A stretch of 32,000 nt of DNA from Providencia sp. R33 (GCF_019343475.1 NZ_CP072453.1:1411223-1443222), one strand, 5' to 3'; shown: positions 9,905 to 16,387, counted from the stretch's first letter. Numbers and translations: made by a program. Notes: generated from the letters alone by a model not told the origin.

Positions 9905-9933
9905 CTTTACACATAGCGTGCATTGTGCGAATC
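9905..9933 (-). other. Inverted second dif-like site (attP2-like)
   Basis: The minus strand reads GATTCGCACAA TGCACG CTATGTGTAAAG, versus dif GGTTCGCATAA TGCATA TTATGTTAAAT. The XerC arm matches 9/11, the centre 4/6 and the XerD arm 7/11. It base-pairs with 9811-9838. Confidence 0.65.
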
Positions 9934-9976
9934 TACTAGGCTAAAATCTGAGAAATCATTAAAGGGTTTTATTAAT

Positions 9977-10243
9977 TCATCTTTTGCCATCATTTAACTC
10001 TTTTTTATTAGATAATTCTATTACTGTATTAAAAAGATAATCATCTGCTACATCTAAAATAATGCCGATACCTTGATACTCGTCTTCATCACTACCTTTT
10101 AAGATTTCTCCTTCAGCCCCCTCAGTTTTCACAAACTCATAAATATCTTCAATTAAAAATGTAATTAATTCTGCTCTTGATTTTCTATTATTGTTTTTAT
10201 CATTAATTAACCATTTATTAATTTCTAATTTAATTTTATTCAT
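9977..10243 (-). CDS. Hypothetical small acidic cytoplasmic protein (cargo module gene 4)
   Basis: 88 aa. An AAGAGG RBS lies 5 nt upstream of the ATG. It is rich in E/D (GAEGEILKGSDEDEYQG, LDVADDY) and has no hydrophobic segment. I recognise no family. Confidence 0.65.
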   Translation of the reverse strand: MNKIKLEINKWLINDKNNNRKSRAELITFLIEDIYEFVKTEGAEGEILKGSDEDEYQGIGIILDVADDYLFNTVIELSNKKELNDGKR

Positions 10244-10273
10244 GTGACCTCTTATCTTTTCATCTTGTGTTAA

Positions 10274-11026
10274 TCAATCGCCTGCTACTATTTTAATTTC
10301 CCGCATTGGAATATTATTTAACTCAGTAATGTTAAATATATACGTATCATCTTCAAGCTCTTTGTCTTTATTGATTTTTTTAGCAATAAAATAATCATTA
10401 TACTTATTGACTATTACATATGTCATATTATTCTTTTCAATTGAATAAAATACTGATTTAGTTCTTGCACCATATTTACCCAGTGAAGTAATTATTAATG
10501 AAAATATAATTAAAATAAAAAGAATTGCTAACATATCGGTTGACAACCTTGTTTCTCTAACGCTGGATTTTCTATCTACCAACTCTTTTTCAATATTATT
10601 ATTGATGCTCTCAAAAATATTTTTCGATTTCTCTTTGAATGGGAAAGATACAATAACAACTAGCAATGCAAATATCCCTATAGAAATAGCTAAGTATTTA
10701 AAATTCACATTACCATTCAAAAATAAAATCATTAACATGATGATAAATAGGAAAAAATAAGAGAATAGGTTTTTTGCTATTTTACCTATAATACCCAATG
10801 GGTTTATTAAGCTTACAAGCATATCCATTATCCCTGTGATTATGAATATAAACATAAACAACCCAAAGCCCATCTGTAATAAGTTCATTATACTTATGGA
10901 AATAAGGTCTTTTGAATAATTAAAATGGTTTGCATAACCTAATTCAAAAAAATAAGCAGAGCAATAAGAAGCACTTGTTATTATAGCAAGAAGTAGTGTT
11001 TCTTTTTTTAAAATACATTTAATCAT
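10274..11026 (-). CDS. Hypothetical polytopic membrane protein (cargo module gene 3)
   Basis: 250 aa with about 5 long hydrophobic helices (LLLAIITSASYCSAYFF, FGLFMFIFIITGIMDMLVSL, LFSYFFLFIIMLMILFL, LAISIGIFALLVVIVSF, LAILFILIIFSLIITSL). A soluble C-terminus of about 60 aa follows. It is tightly packed with its neighbours. Confidence 0.7.
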   Translation of the reverse strand: MIKCILKKETLLLAIITSASYCSAYFFELGYANHFNYSKDLISISIMNLLQMGFGLFMFIFIITGIMDMLVSLINPLGIIGKIAKNLFSYFFLFIIMLMILFLNGNVNFKYLAISIGIFALLVVIVSFPFKEKSKNIFESINNNIEKELVDRKSSVRETRLSTDMLAILFILIIFSLIITSLGKYGARTKSVFYSIEKNNMTYVIVNKYNDYFIAKKINKDKELEDDTYIFNITELNNIPMREIKIVAGD

Positions 11027-11042
11027 AACATACTCATTTAGC

Positions 11043-11231
11043 TTACAATTTCCATCTTACTAGCGCACAGAAAGCAGTTGCAGCTCCTAAATATAACGTA
11101 TATTTCCATTCAATGGCGTTAACTTTAGATGTGAGTAAAAACATGGCGAACGTTAATACTCCTAAAATTATGGCGGCTTTACCTGCATAATAAGAAATCA
11201 TTGCATTCATATCATCATTAAAATTTGACAT
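11043..11231 (-). CDS. Hypothetical 62-aa two-helix membrane peptide (cargo module gene 2)
   Basis: A GAGG RBS lies 5 nt upstream of the ATG. There are two hydrophobic segments (AAIILGVLTFAMFLL and LYLGAATAFCALV). The stop is 16 nt before the next gene. Confidence 0.6.
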   Translation of the reverse strand: MSNFNDDMNAMISYYAGKAAIILGVLTFAMFLLTSKVNAIEWKYTLYLGAATAFCALVRWKL

Positions 11232-11244
11232 TATAACCTCAAAT

Positions 11245-11278
11245 GTTCGTCTTTACACATAGAGTGAATTTTGTGAAT
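11245..11278 (+). repeat. Degenerate second copy of the attP2-like arm
   Basis: gttcgtctttacacatagagtgaattttgtgaat matches 9899-9932 (gttcgtctttacacatagcgtgcattgtgcgaat) at 30/34 positions, in direct orientation. The first 18 nt are perfect. Confidence 0.8.
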
Positions 11279-11964
11279 TAATTATCTTCATTTTTAAGTG
11301 TCTTAACTTTAAAAATTACAGAGTCACTAGATACGATGTCAGGACTGCCATCCCACGTAATAGAGCCTTTATTTCTATATGTAAATAAGAGTTCTGTTGG
11401 AAATTCATTATCTGATTTAGCAGCCCATAATTCACGAAGATATTTAAGTTTAATCGGTGCATTAGCACTTATTAACGCCATTAAAACCAGTCTATCTTTT
11501 AACGTTGGAAGATTGTTACTATTAATTTTCGAATCAATAACATTGTTAATCGACAGCTCTAATTCTTTGATTTTTTCTTCATTACCATCAATTGCTTTTA
11601 TTTTATTGTCAACCAGTGAAATTATTTCATTTTTCAATGTTTCTTTGACTTTTTCTAATGTATTTTCATCATCATTTTCGTTAATTTCATTAGGTTTTTT
11701 CCAAATATGCTCTCTCATATCTGTCACTGTATCTTTCATCATAGAGAATGTATCCGAATATAACTTATCAAATAGCTTTTCTAATCTTTCAACGTTTGAT
11801 TGAATTTCACTTGCTGCCTTTGTTGTTTCTTTAGCAGCCTCGTTAGACATTTTAAAAAATACGATTGATAGCCAAATCGCACCAACAGCAAGCAGTAAGG
11901 AGGCTATGGATGCAATAAAACTAATAATTTCAAATATACTTTGCATAGTGTTTGTGGTTTCCAT
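11278..11964 (-). CDS. Hypothetical membrane-anchored coiled-coil protein (cargo module gene 1)
   Basis: An N-terminal TM helix (IFEIISFIASIASLLLAVGAIWLSIVFF) is followed by a long charged helical region and a C-terminal globular domain of about 80 aa. I placed the start at the ATG at 11964, whereas the ORF-track start at 11970 is GTG. No convincing RBS is present, so the start is uncertain. Confidence 0.6.
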   Translation of the reverse strand: METTNTMQSIFEIISFIASIASLLLAVGAIWLSIVFFKMSNEAAKETTKAASEIQSNVERLEKLFDKLYSDTFSMMKDTVTDMREHIWKKPNEINENDDENTLEKVKETLKNEIISLVDNKIKAIDGNEEKIKELELSINNVIDSKINSNNLPTLKDRLVLMALISANAPIKLKYLRELWAAKSDNEFPTELLFTYRNKGSITWDGSPDIVSSDSVIFKVKTLKNEDN

Positions 11965-11993
11965 TTTCACAAATGTTACAAGGAATATGAAAA

Positions 11994-12015
11994 CCCCCGT
12001 GCTGTACTACGGGGG
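11994..12015 (-). terminator. Rho-independent terminator after the 77-aa gene
   Basis: The minus strand reads cccccgt-agtacagc-acggggg followed by ttttc. It is a 7-bp GC-rich stem. Confidence 0.55.
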
Positions 12016-12087
12016 TAGTCTCAGGATAACTACAATATTTCAGGCAACTATCTAAAAACAAAACATATTATCATTTCTGTAATTATT

Positions 12088-12321
12088 TTATTTTTTTATG
12101 TCACTTTTGAAAAATAGCTCTCCATTTTCATTTACATCTACATCATGAATTTTGTTCTCTAAGACAAAGTGAACAATATCAGATTCTCTATACACCGCTT
12201 TAAGCCCATTCATAATATTTTTTCTTGTTAAATTATAAGAAATTTCTTTTAAATCAGCGGATTCTGTGTCTTTTAGCCTAACTGTTTTAATCAGTGGTTC
12301 TGTCATATTTTTTTCTCTCAT
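12088..12321 (-). CDS. Small protein divergent from rep; candidate phage repressor (positional analogue of CTXphi RstR), possible ribbon-helix-helix fold
   Basis: 77 aa, transcribed divergently from the replication operon across an operator-like repeat region. The pattern KTVRLKD + TESADLKEISYNL + TRKNIMNGLKAVY fits beta-alpha-alpha. The function is an inference only. Confidence 0.5.
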   Translation of the reverse strand: MREKNMTEPLIKTVRLKDTESADLKEISYNLTRKNIMNGLKAVYRESDIVHFVLENKIHDVDVNENGELFFKSDIKK

Positions 12322-12343
12322 TAGTTGCCTACTCAGATCCTAT

Positions 12344-12433
12344 AACATGTATACATATTTTCAATTACTAGTTGACATGTAATATGTAACAGGTATATCT
12401 TCAAATGAAATATAATTTGTAATATGTATACAT
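12344..12433. promoter_or_regulatory. Divergent control region with repeated operator-like motifs
   Basis: The 10-bp palindrome ATGTATACAT occurs at 12347-12356 and 12424-12433. TGTAATATGTA occurs at 12378-12388 and 12418-12428. TTGACA (12372-12377) is followed 16 bp later by TATATC (12394-12399), and a TATAAT lies at 12411-12416. Confidence 0.5.
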
Positions 12434-12633
12434 GGTATTTTATGAACATTGTCTATTTCGATTTTATAGAAGGGTATGGCATTAACGCTCAAGTCGGTAT
12501 TGAGTGGGATTTTTACCGTTCCTTTGAGGAATTGATTAAAGAGTGTTCAAACTGCTTTCACGATAATTTTATCTTAGCGCCAACCACGGCTATTTCAGGG
12601 AATTTCTTAGGTTACAGGGAGAGCTTGCTATGA
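12424..12633 (+). CDS. Hypothetical 69-aa ORF upstream of rep (coding status uncertain)
   Basis: Its stop overlaps the rep start (ATGA at 12630-12633), suggesting translational coupling. There is no clear RBS, and the start codon sits inside the operator-like palindrome. Confidence 0.3.
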   Translation: MYTWYFMNIVYFDFIEGYGINAQVGIEWDFYRSFEELIKECSNCFHDNFILAPTTAISGNFLGYRESLL

Positions 12634-13769
12634 GTAATCAATCAACTCGCTCTGTTTTTATTGACTATTTAGCTTTTTCCGCACCCATTTCAGTCATGAA
12701 AGATGTTCATACTTTTCAAGAAAAGGGTTTTGAATGGCGTAAATTTCAATATTTACCTTCTTATCGTCATTATCAAACTGAACCACGTTATGCATGTTTG
12801 CCTGAGTTTCAAGGGATCCCCGAGATCCCATCAAACACTATGACCGATGAGCAGTTAAATCAATATGATACTGACTTAATAGAATGCTATTTTTCTCGTT
12901 TAAAAACATGGATAGCTTCTGTTTTTGGCTTAGTTATGGGGCTGCCAAGGGGTAAGGGCGGTTTTGCATATAGTGATTCCGCACTGTTGTATAGTGACCA
13001 AGGTGGCTCAGATCATTGCGGTGTGATTTTTTGGGGAGGTAATAACGATACATTTTATGTTCAAATTTCAGGTTTAGGTTGTGCTCATGTATTTAGTGGA
13101 ACAACACCACAAAAAATTCATAAGTGGTTAAAACACCTTGATATTTTTACATTAAAACGTCTCGACTTAGCAACCGATGATTATGATGGGATTTTTACCT
13201 GTCAAGCGGCATTACGGGATTATCGTTTTGATGCGTTCTATGGTGGAGCAGGTCCCAAACCTAAACTCGATACATCAAATGGCATTGATGCCAATGGATG
13301 TGTGACAAAAGAAATCGTCAATATTGGTTCTCGTCAATCTCGTATTTACTGGCGTATTTACAATAAAGCATTGGAACAAAAGGTTTCGGGTATTTGGTAT
13401 CGTTCAGAGGTCGAGTTAAAAGGGCTTTCAATTGATACATTGCTAAATATCGCAGGAATTTATACTGGGCTATGTGATTATTCTGCTCAAATTAATCCGA
13501 CTGTACCAACTTCTATTCCACCGCTTTTTGTTCGTAAAGCCATTGATTCCATTGAAGCAAAAGTTCGATGGTTACGCAAACAGGCATCAGCAACGCTTGC
13601 TAAAGTTTTTCATTATCATGAAGGTGATATGTTAAAAGTTTTTTCTATGGTTCTTAGGGAAGAACACCTTGAAGATCTAAATGTACGTTTTGATATACCG
13701 CCTATATATCACACTTTATACCAAACTTTAATGAGCGAAAAATTAAAGCTTTCTCAAACACCTTTTTAA
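12630..13769 (+). CDS. Rolling-circle replication initiator, Rep_trans family (RstA-like; functional analogue of Ff gpII)
   Basis: 379 aa with a GGGAGAG RBS. It has Rep_trans-type motifs: FIDYLAFS, HCGVIFWGG..FYVQISGLGC, RLDLATDDYDG and RIYWRIYNK...YRSEVELKG. It is first in the plus-strand operon and shows no resemblance to M13 gpII. Confidence 0.8.
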   Translation: MSNQSTRSVFIDYLAFSAPISVMKDVHTFQEKGFEWRKFQYLPSYRHYQTEPRYACLPEFQGIPEIPSNTMTDEQLNQYDTDLIECYFSRLKTWIASVFGLVMGLPRGKGGFAYSDSALLYSDQGGSDHCGVIFWGGNNDTFYVQISGLGCAHVFSGTTPQKIHKWLKHLDIFTLKRLDLATDDYDGIFTCQAALRDYRFDAFYGGAGPKPKLDTSNGIDANGCVTKEIVNIGSRQSRIYWRIYNKALEQKVSGIWYRSEVELKGLSIDTLLNIAGIYTGLCDYSAQINPTVPTSIPPLFVRKAIDSIEAKVRWLRKQASATLAKVFHYHEGDMLKVFSMVLREEHLEDLNVRFDIPPIYHTLYQTLMSEKLKLSQTPF

Positions 13770-13791
13770 AAATAATTAGGATGAATTTATT

Positions 13792-14067
13792 ATGATTAAA
13801 ATTGAATTAAACGCTGAAGATTGTGCAGTTAAAACAAAAGAAGTCACTTCAACTCGTACAGGTGAAATTTTACATTTCCGTGAGCAAAAAGCCTATATTT
13901 ATAATGGCGGTATTTATCCCAAGCAATTCATGATTGGTCTGGAAAAAGATCAGGCTGCATATCCTGCGGGCTTTTATACATTATCTATAGATTCATATGA
14001 TGTGGGGGATTTTGGTGCATTAAAATTCTCTCGAAATATTAAATTAATCCCCATTGATAAAAAATAA
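13792..14067 (+). CDS. ssDNA-binding protein, homologue of Ff gene V protein
   Basis: 91 aa. MIKIEL... and QAAYPAGFYTLSIDSYDVGDFGALKF...IKLIP align with M13 g5p MIKVEI... and QPAYAPGLYTVHLSSFKVGQFGSLMI...LRLVP. Confidence 0.9.
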   Translation: MIKIELNAEDCAVKTKEVTSTRTGEILHFREQKAYIYNGGIYPKQFMIGLEKDQAAYPAGFYTLSIDSYDVGDFGALKFSRNIKLIPIDKK

Positions 14068-14094
14068 ATTTAATTAATTTTAATAGGAAAGGGC

Positions 14095-14211
14095 ATGTTT
14101 AATTTCGAACCGTCATTACTTTTTGAGTTAAGAGATTTTATTTATGTCGTTTCTGGTTTCATTGTTTTTTTATTGTCATTTATTGCTGGTCGCTTAACCG
14201 CTCCGAGGTAA
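14095..14211 (+). CDS. Minor coat protein, gVII-like (38 aa)
   Basis: Not in the ORF track because it is under 60 aa. An AGGAAAGGG RBS precedes MFNFEPSLLFELRDFIYVVSGFIVFLLSFIAGRLTAPR, a single hydrophobic helix. Position and size match Ff pVII. Confidence 0.6.
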   Translation: MFNFEPSLLFELRDFIYVVSGFIVFLLSFIAGRLTAPR

Positions 14212-14213
14212 TT

Positions 14214-14315
14214 ATGCTTGGATTAATTGCGTTATTTTCATCAATTGTTGCTTCAGGTTTTGCGGCTGGTTATCTCGTCGGTTTTTTTGACCGATTAACT
14301 CGTGAACTATCCTAG
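14214..14315 (+). CDS. Minor coat protein, gIX-like (33 aa)
   Basis: Not in the ORF track. It starts 2 nt after the previous stop and encodes MLGLIALFSSIVASGFAAGYLVGFFDRLTRELS. Position and size match Ff pIX (32 aa). Confidence 0.6.
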   Translation: MLGLIALFSSIVASGFAAGYLVGFFDRLTRELS

Positions 14316-14326
14316 AAAGGTGATTT

Positions 14327-14560
14327 ATGTTTAAAAAAACATTAGCAACAATCATTGTTGCTACCGCGTCCATCGCTTCTCCTGCTGTTTTTGCAGCTGA
14401 AACACCAACGTCAACAGTTCCGCAAGCTGCGCAAGATGCAATTACAGGAGTTGGCAGTACCGCAACGGGCATGATTGATTTGGCGTGGCCTGTTATCGCG
14501 CTTGTTGTCGGTGGTTTCTTAGCCATTAAGATGTTTAAAAAAGTGGCATCAAAAGTCTAA
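14327..14560 (+). CDS. Major coat protein (gVIII homologue)
   Basis: 77 aa. It has a signal peptide ending AVFA|AE, an acidic/neutral N-terminus, a hydrophobic core and a basic C-terminus (IKMFKKVASKV), compared with IKLFKKFTSKAS in M13. An AAAGGTGA RBS is present. Confidence 0.9.
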   Translation: MFKKTLATIIVATASIASPAVFAAETPTSTVPQAAQDAITGVGSTATGMIDLAWPVIALVVGGFLAIKMFKKVASKV

Positions 14561-14589
14561 CGCTATTGACTCAGCGTTATATCCTCTTT

Positions 14590-14612
14590 GGGGCTTCGTG
14601 CCCCATTTTTTT
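14590..14612 (+). terminator. Rho-independent terminator after gVIII
   Basis: ggggc-ttcgt-gcccc followed by attttttt. This is the same location as the strong terminator after gene VIII in Ff phages. Confidence 0.7.
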
Positions 14613-14632
14613 AAATAACAAGGTTTTCAATT

Positions 14633-16369
14633 ATGCGTTTTATTTTCTTTTTATTACTCGGTTTTAGTTTCTATTCTAATGCGGTAATTAAAACGTATAA
14701 TGTGACATTATCTGATACCAATTATAAAGTCTCTCAATATGACCCTAATACGGGTTTTTGGTCTTCATCATTTACTCTTGAATATCCGCTTCAAACTTAT
14801 CAAGCGAGTGATTGTTTTCTTGAACGTAGTTTTTCTATTGCTCCGAGAACGATTGCCGAAAAATATATTAAACTACCGAATAGAAACCCAAATGCATCTC
14901 CGCCATCATTATCGGTTAAATTTAATCCAAAGGTAAAATGTACAGTTGATTGGGTTGAGGATAAACCAAAATATTCATTAACCGATAAAGCCAATTCAGC
15001 GATATTAACGATAACTTATCGCGCTTTTTATTGCCCTAATGAATCTGCTTATTCTTACAATAATTTAGATAAAAAAGAAGGATGTCCCTCTATTGAGCAT
15101 GGTAGCTTGGAAGAATATTGTTTAAAACAACCCACGTTATATAACACTACAGTTAAAAACCCAACGCATGATGGTAAAGATTATATATTTAATAATGCAG
15201 AAAATGGCTGTAAATACTTTTCAGTTGGTTCCGTTATATTAAAACAAGAAAATCCACTTCGTATTACAAGTGATTGGGCAACAATTGGAGTCGCTGATTT
15301 AGATACTGGTGATAGCGAAATTATCGAAAATGATAATGGTAATGATGGTGGTAACGGCAGTGAAGGTGGTAACGGCAGTGAAGGTGGTAACGGCAGCGAA
15401 GGTGGTAACGGCAGCGAAGGTGGTAACGGCAGTGAAGGTGGTAACGGCAGTGAAGGTGGTAACGGCAGCGAAGGTGGTAACGGCAGCGAAGGTGGTAACG
15501 GCAGCGAAGGTGGTAACGGCAGCGAAGGTGGTAACGGCAGCGAAGGTGGTAACGGCAGCGAAGGTGGTAACGGCAGCGAAGGTGGTAACGGCAACGAAGG
15601 CGGTAATGGAGGCGGGAGTGCGTCAGGTGAATATGCCGGTATTTTAAACTCAATTCGTACAGATACACAAAGTATCAGTAAAACCACATCATCCATGGAT
15701 AAAAACCTGAATTCCATCAAAGATAAAGCATCATCGATAGACGATAGGCTCGCTAATATTGATGGAAACGTTGCAAAGATTGAGCGTTATTTACGCCCAG
15801 AAGAACACTCTTTTTCCGAATGGCTGAATTCTTTTGATACCACTTACAGCACCTATTTTAGCCCCTCGATTAAAGAGCCTAATTCAATATTTAATGCCGA
15901 ATTTGGGTATCGCAATGACAATGAGTTTTCACTGTATGGGGATATCGCCTCCAATATGCAAGGAGATGCGTTTGTCAGGTCATTTTCAAATATCTATCGA
16001 GAACAATTGTCAGGTTTAACTTCCCACTTACCAAGCAATTTACAACTGTCTTCGATTGCCAATCAATTAGACGGTTCGATTCGTTCTGATACGATTGATT
16101 TTAGAGACGATTTTAAAGCTTATGGGACATTTACCTCAATTTTTGGAGTGGGTGATTTAGTCAAATCCATTTATCAAGTTTTGCCCAAGTATAAAGAATG
16201 CACTCCGATTATCTTATTTGGTGGGTATCCTTATGAGTTTTCTATTTCTTGCGAATACATAAATAAAATCAAAGACTTTCTTTATTACGTCTTTTTCTTT
16301 TTTACATTGTGGTTCACGTTCACGAAATTAATGCATTCAATTTCAGCAACGCCCGCAAAAGAAAGTTAA
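14633..16369 (+). CDS. Adsorption/minor coat protein (gIII homologue)
   Basis: 578 aa. It has the signal peptide MRFIFFLLLGFSFYSNA, a Cys-containing N-terminal region and a long (GGNGSE)n linker. The C-terminus GYPYEFSISCEYINKIKDFLYYVFFFFTLWFTFTKLMH...KES resembles M13 g3p GKPYEFSIDCDKINLFRGVFAFLLYVATFMYVFSTFANILRNKES. Confidence 0.9.
   Translation: MRFIFFLLLGFSFYSNAVIKTYNVTLSDTNYKVSQYDPNTGFWSSSFTLEYPLQTYQASDCFLERSFSIAPRTIAEKYIKLPNRNPNASPPSLSVKFNPKVKCTVDWVEDKPKYSLTDKANSAILTITYRAFYCPNESAYSYNNLDKKEGCPSIEHGSLEEYCLKQPTLYNTTVKNPTHDGKDYIFNNAENGCKYFSVGSVILKQENPLRITSDWATIGVADLDTGDSEIIENDNGNDGGNGSEGGNGSEGGNGSEGGNGSEGGNGSEGGNGSEGGNGSEGGNGSEGGNGSEGGNGSEGGNGSEGGNGSEGGNGSEGGNGNEGGNGGGSASGEYAGILNSIRTDTQSISKTTSSMDKNLNSIKDKASSIDDRLANIDGNVAKIERYLRPEEHSFSEWLNSFDTTYSTYFSPSIKEPNSIFNAEFGYRNDNEFSLYGDIASNMQGDAFVRSFSNIYREQLSGLTSHLPSNLQLSSIANQLDGSIRSDTIDFRDDFKAYGTFTSIFGVGDLVKSIYQVLPKYKECTPIILFGGYPYEFSISCEYINKIKDFLYYVFFFFTLWFTFTKLMHSISATPAKES
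15347..15598 (+). repeat. 14 x 18-bp in-frame tandem repeat (ggtggtaacggcagYgaa) encoding the GGNGSE linker of pIII
   Basis: I counted units from 15347. There are thirteen GGNGSE units and then one GGNGNE unit. Units differ only at the synonymous agt/agc position. Confidence 0.9.
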
Positions 16370-16387
16370 TACCAAAAGGAGCGCATT

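Noticed and set aside
11336-11803. 155-aa plus-strand ORF (and its copy at 21396-21863)
   Set aside because: It is antisense to the 230-aa cargo gene in very AT-rich DNA. The S/L/F/I-rich low-complexity translation is typical of an antisense artefact.
14212-14526. 104-aa minus-strand ORF (and its copy at 24272-24586)
   Set aside because: It is antisense to the gIX-like and gVIII genes, which have strong homology and positional support.
15347-15598. Possible CRISPR array because of regular short repeats
   Set aside because: The repeats are contiguous with no spacers, 18 bp long, and in frame within a coding sequence. No cas genes are present.
15181-15720. Three long ORFs (179, 112 and 115 aa) with extreme periodic sequences (PPSLPL, KVVTAA, RCRYHL)
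   Set aside because: They are alternative-frame and antisense read-throughs of the 18-bp tandem repeat inside gIII. The same applies to 25241-25780.
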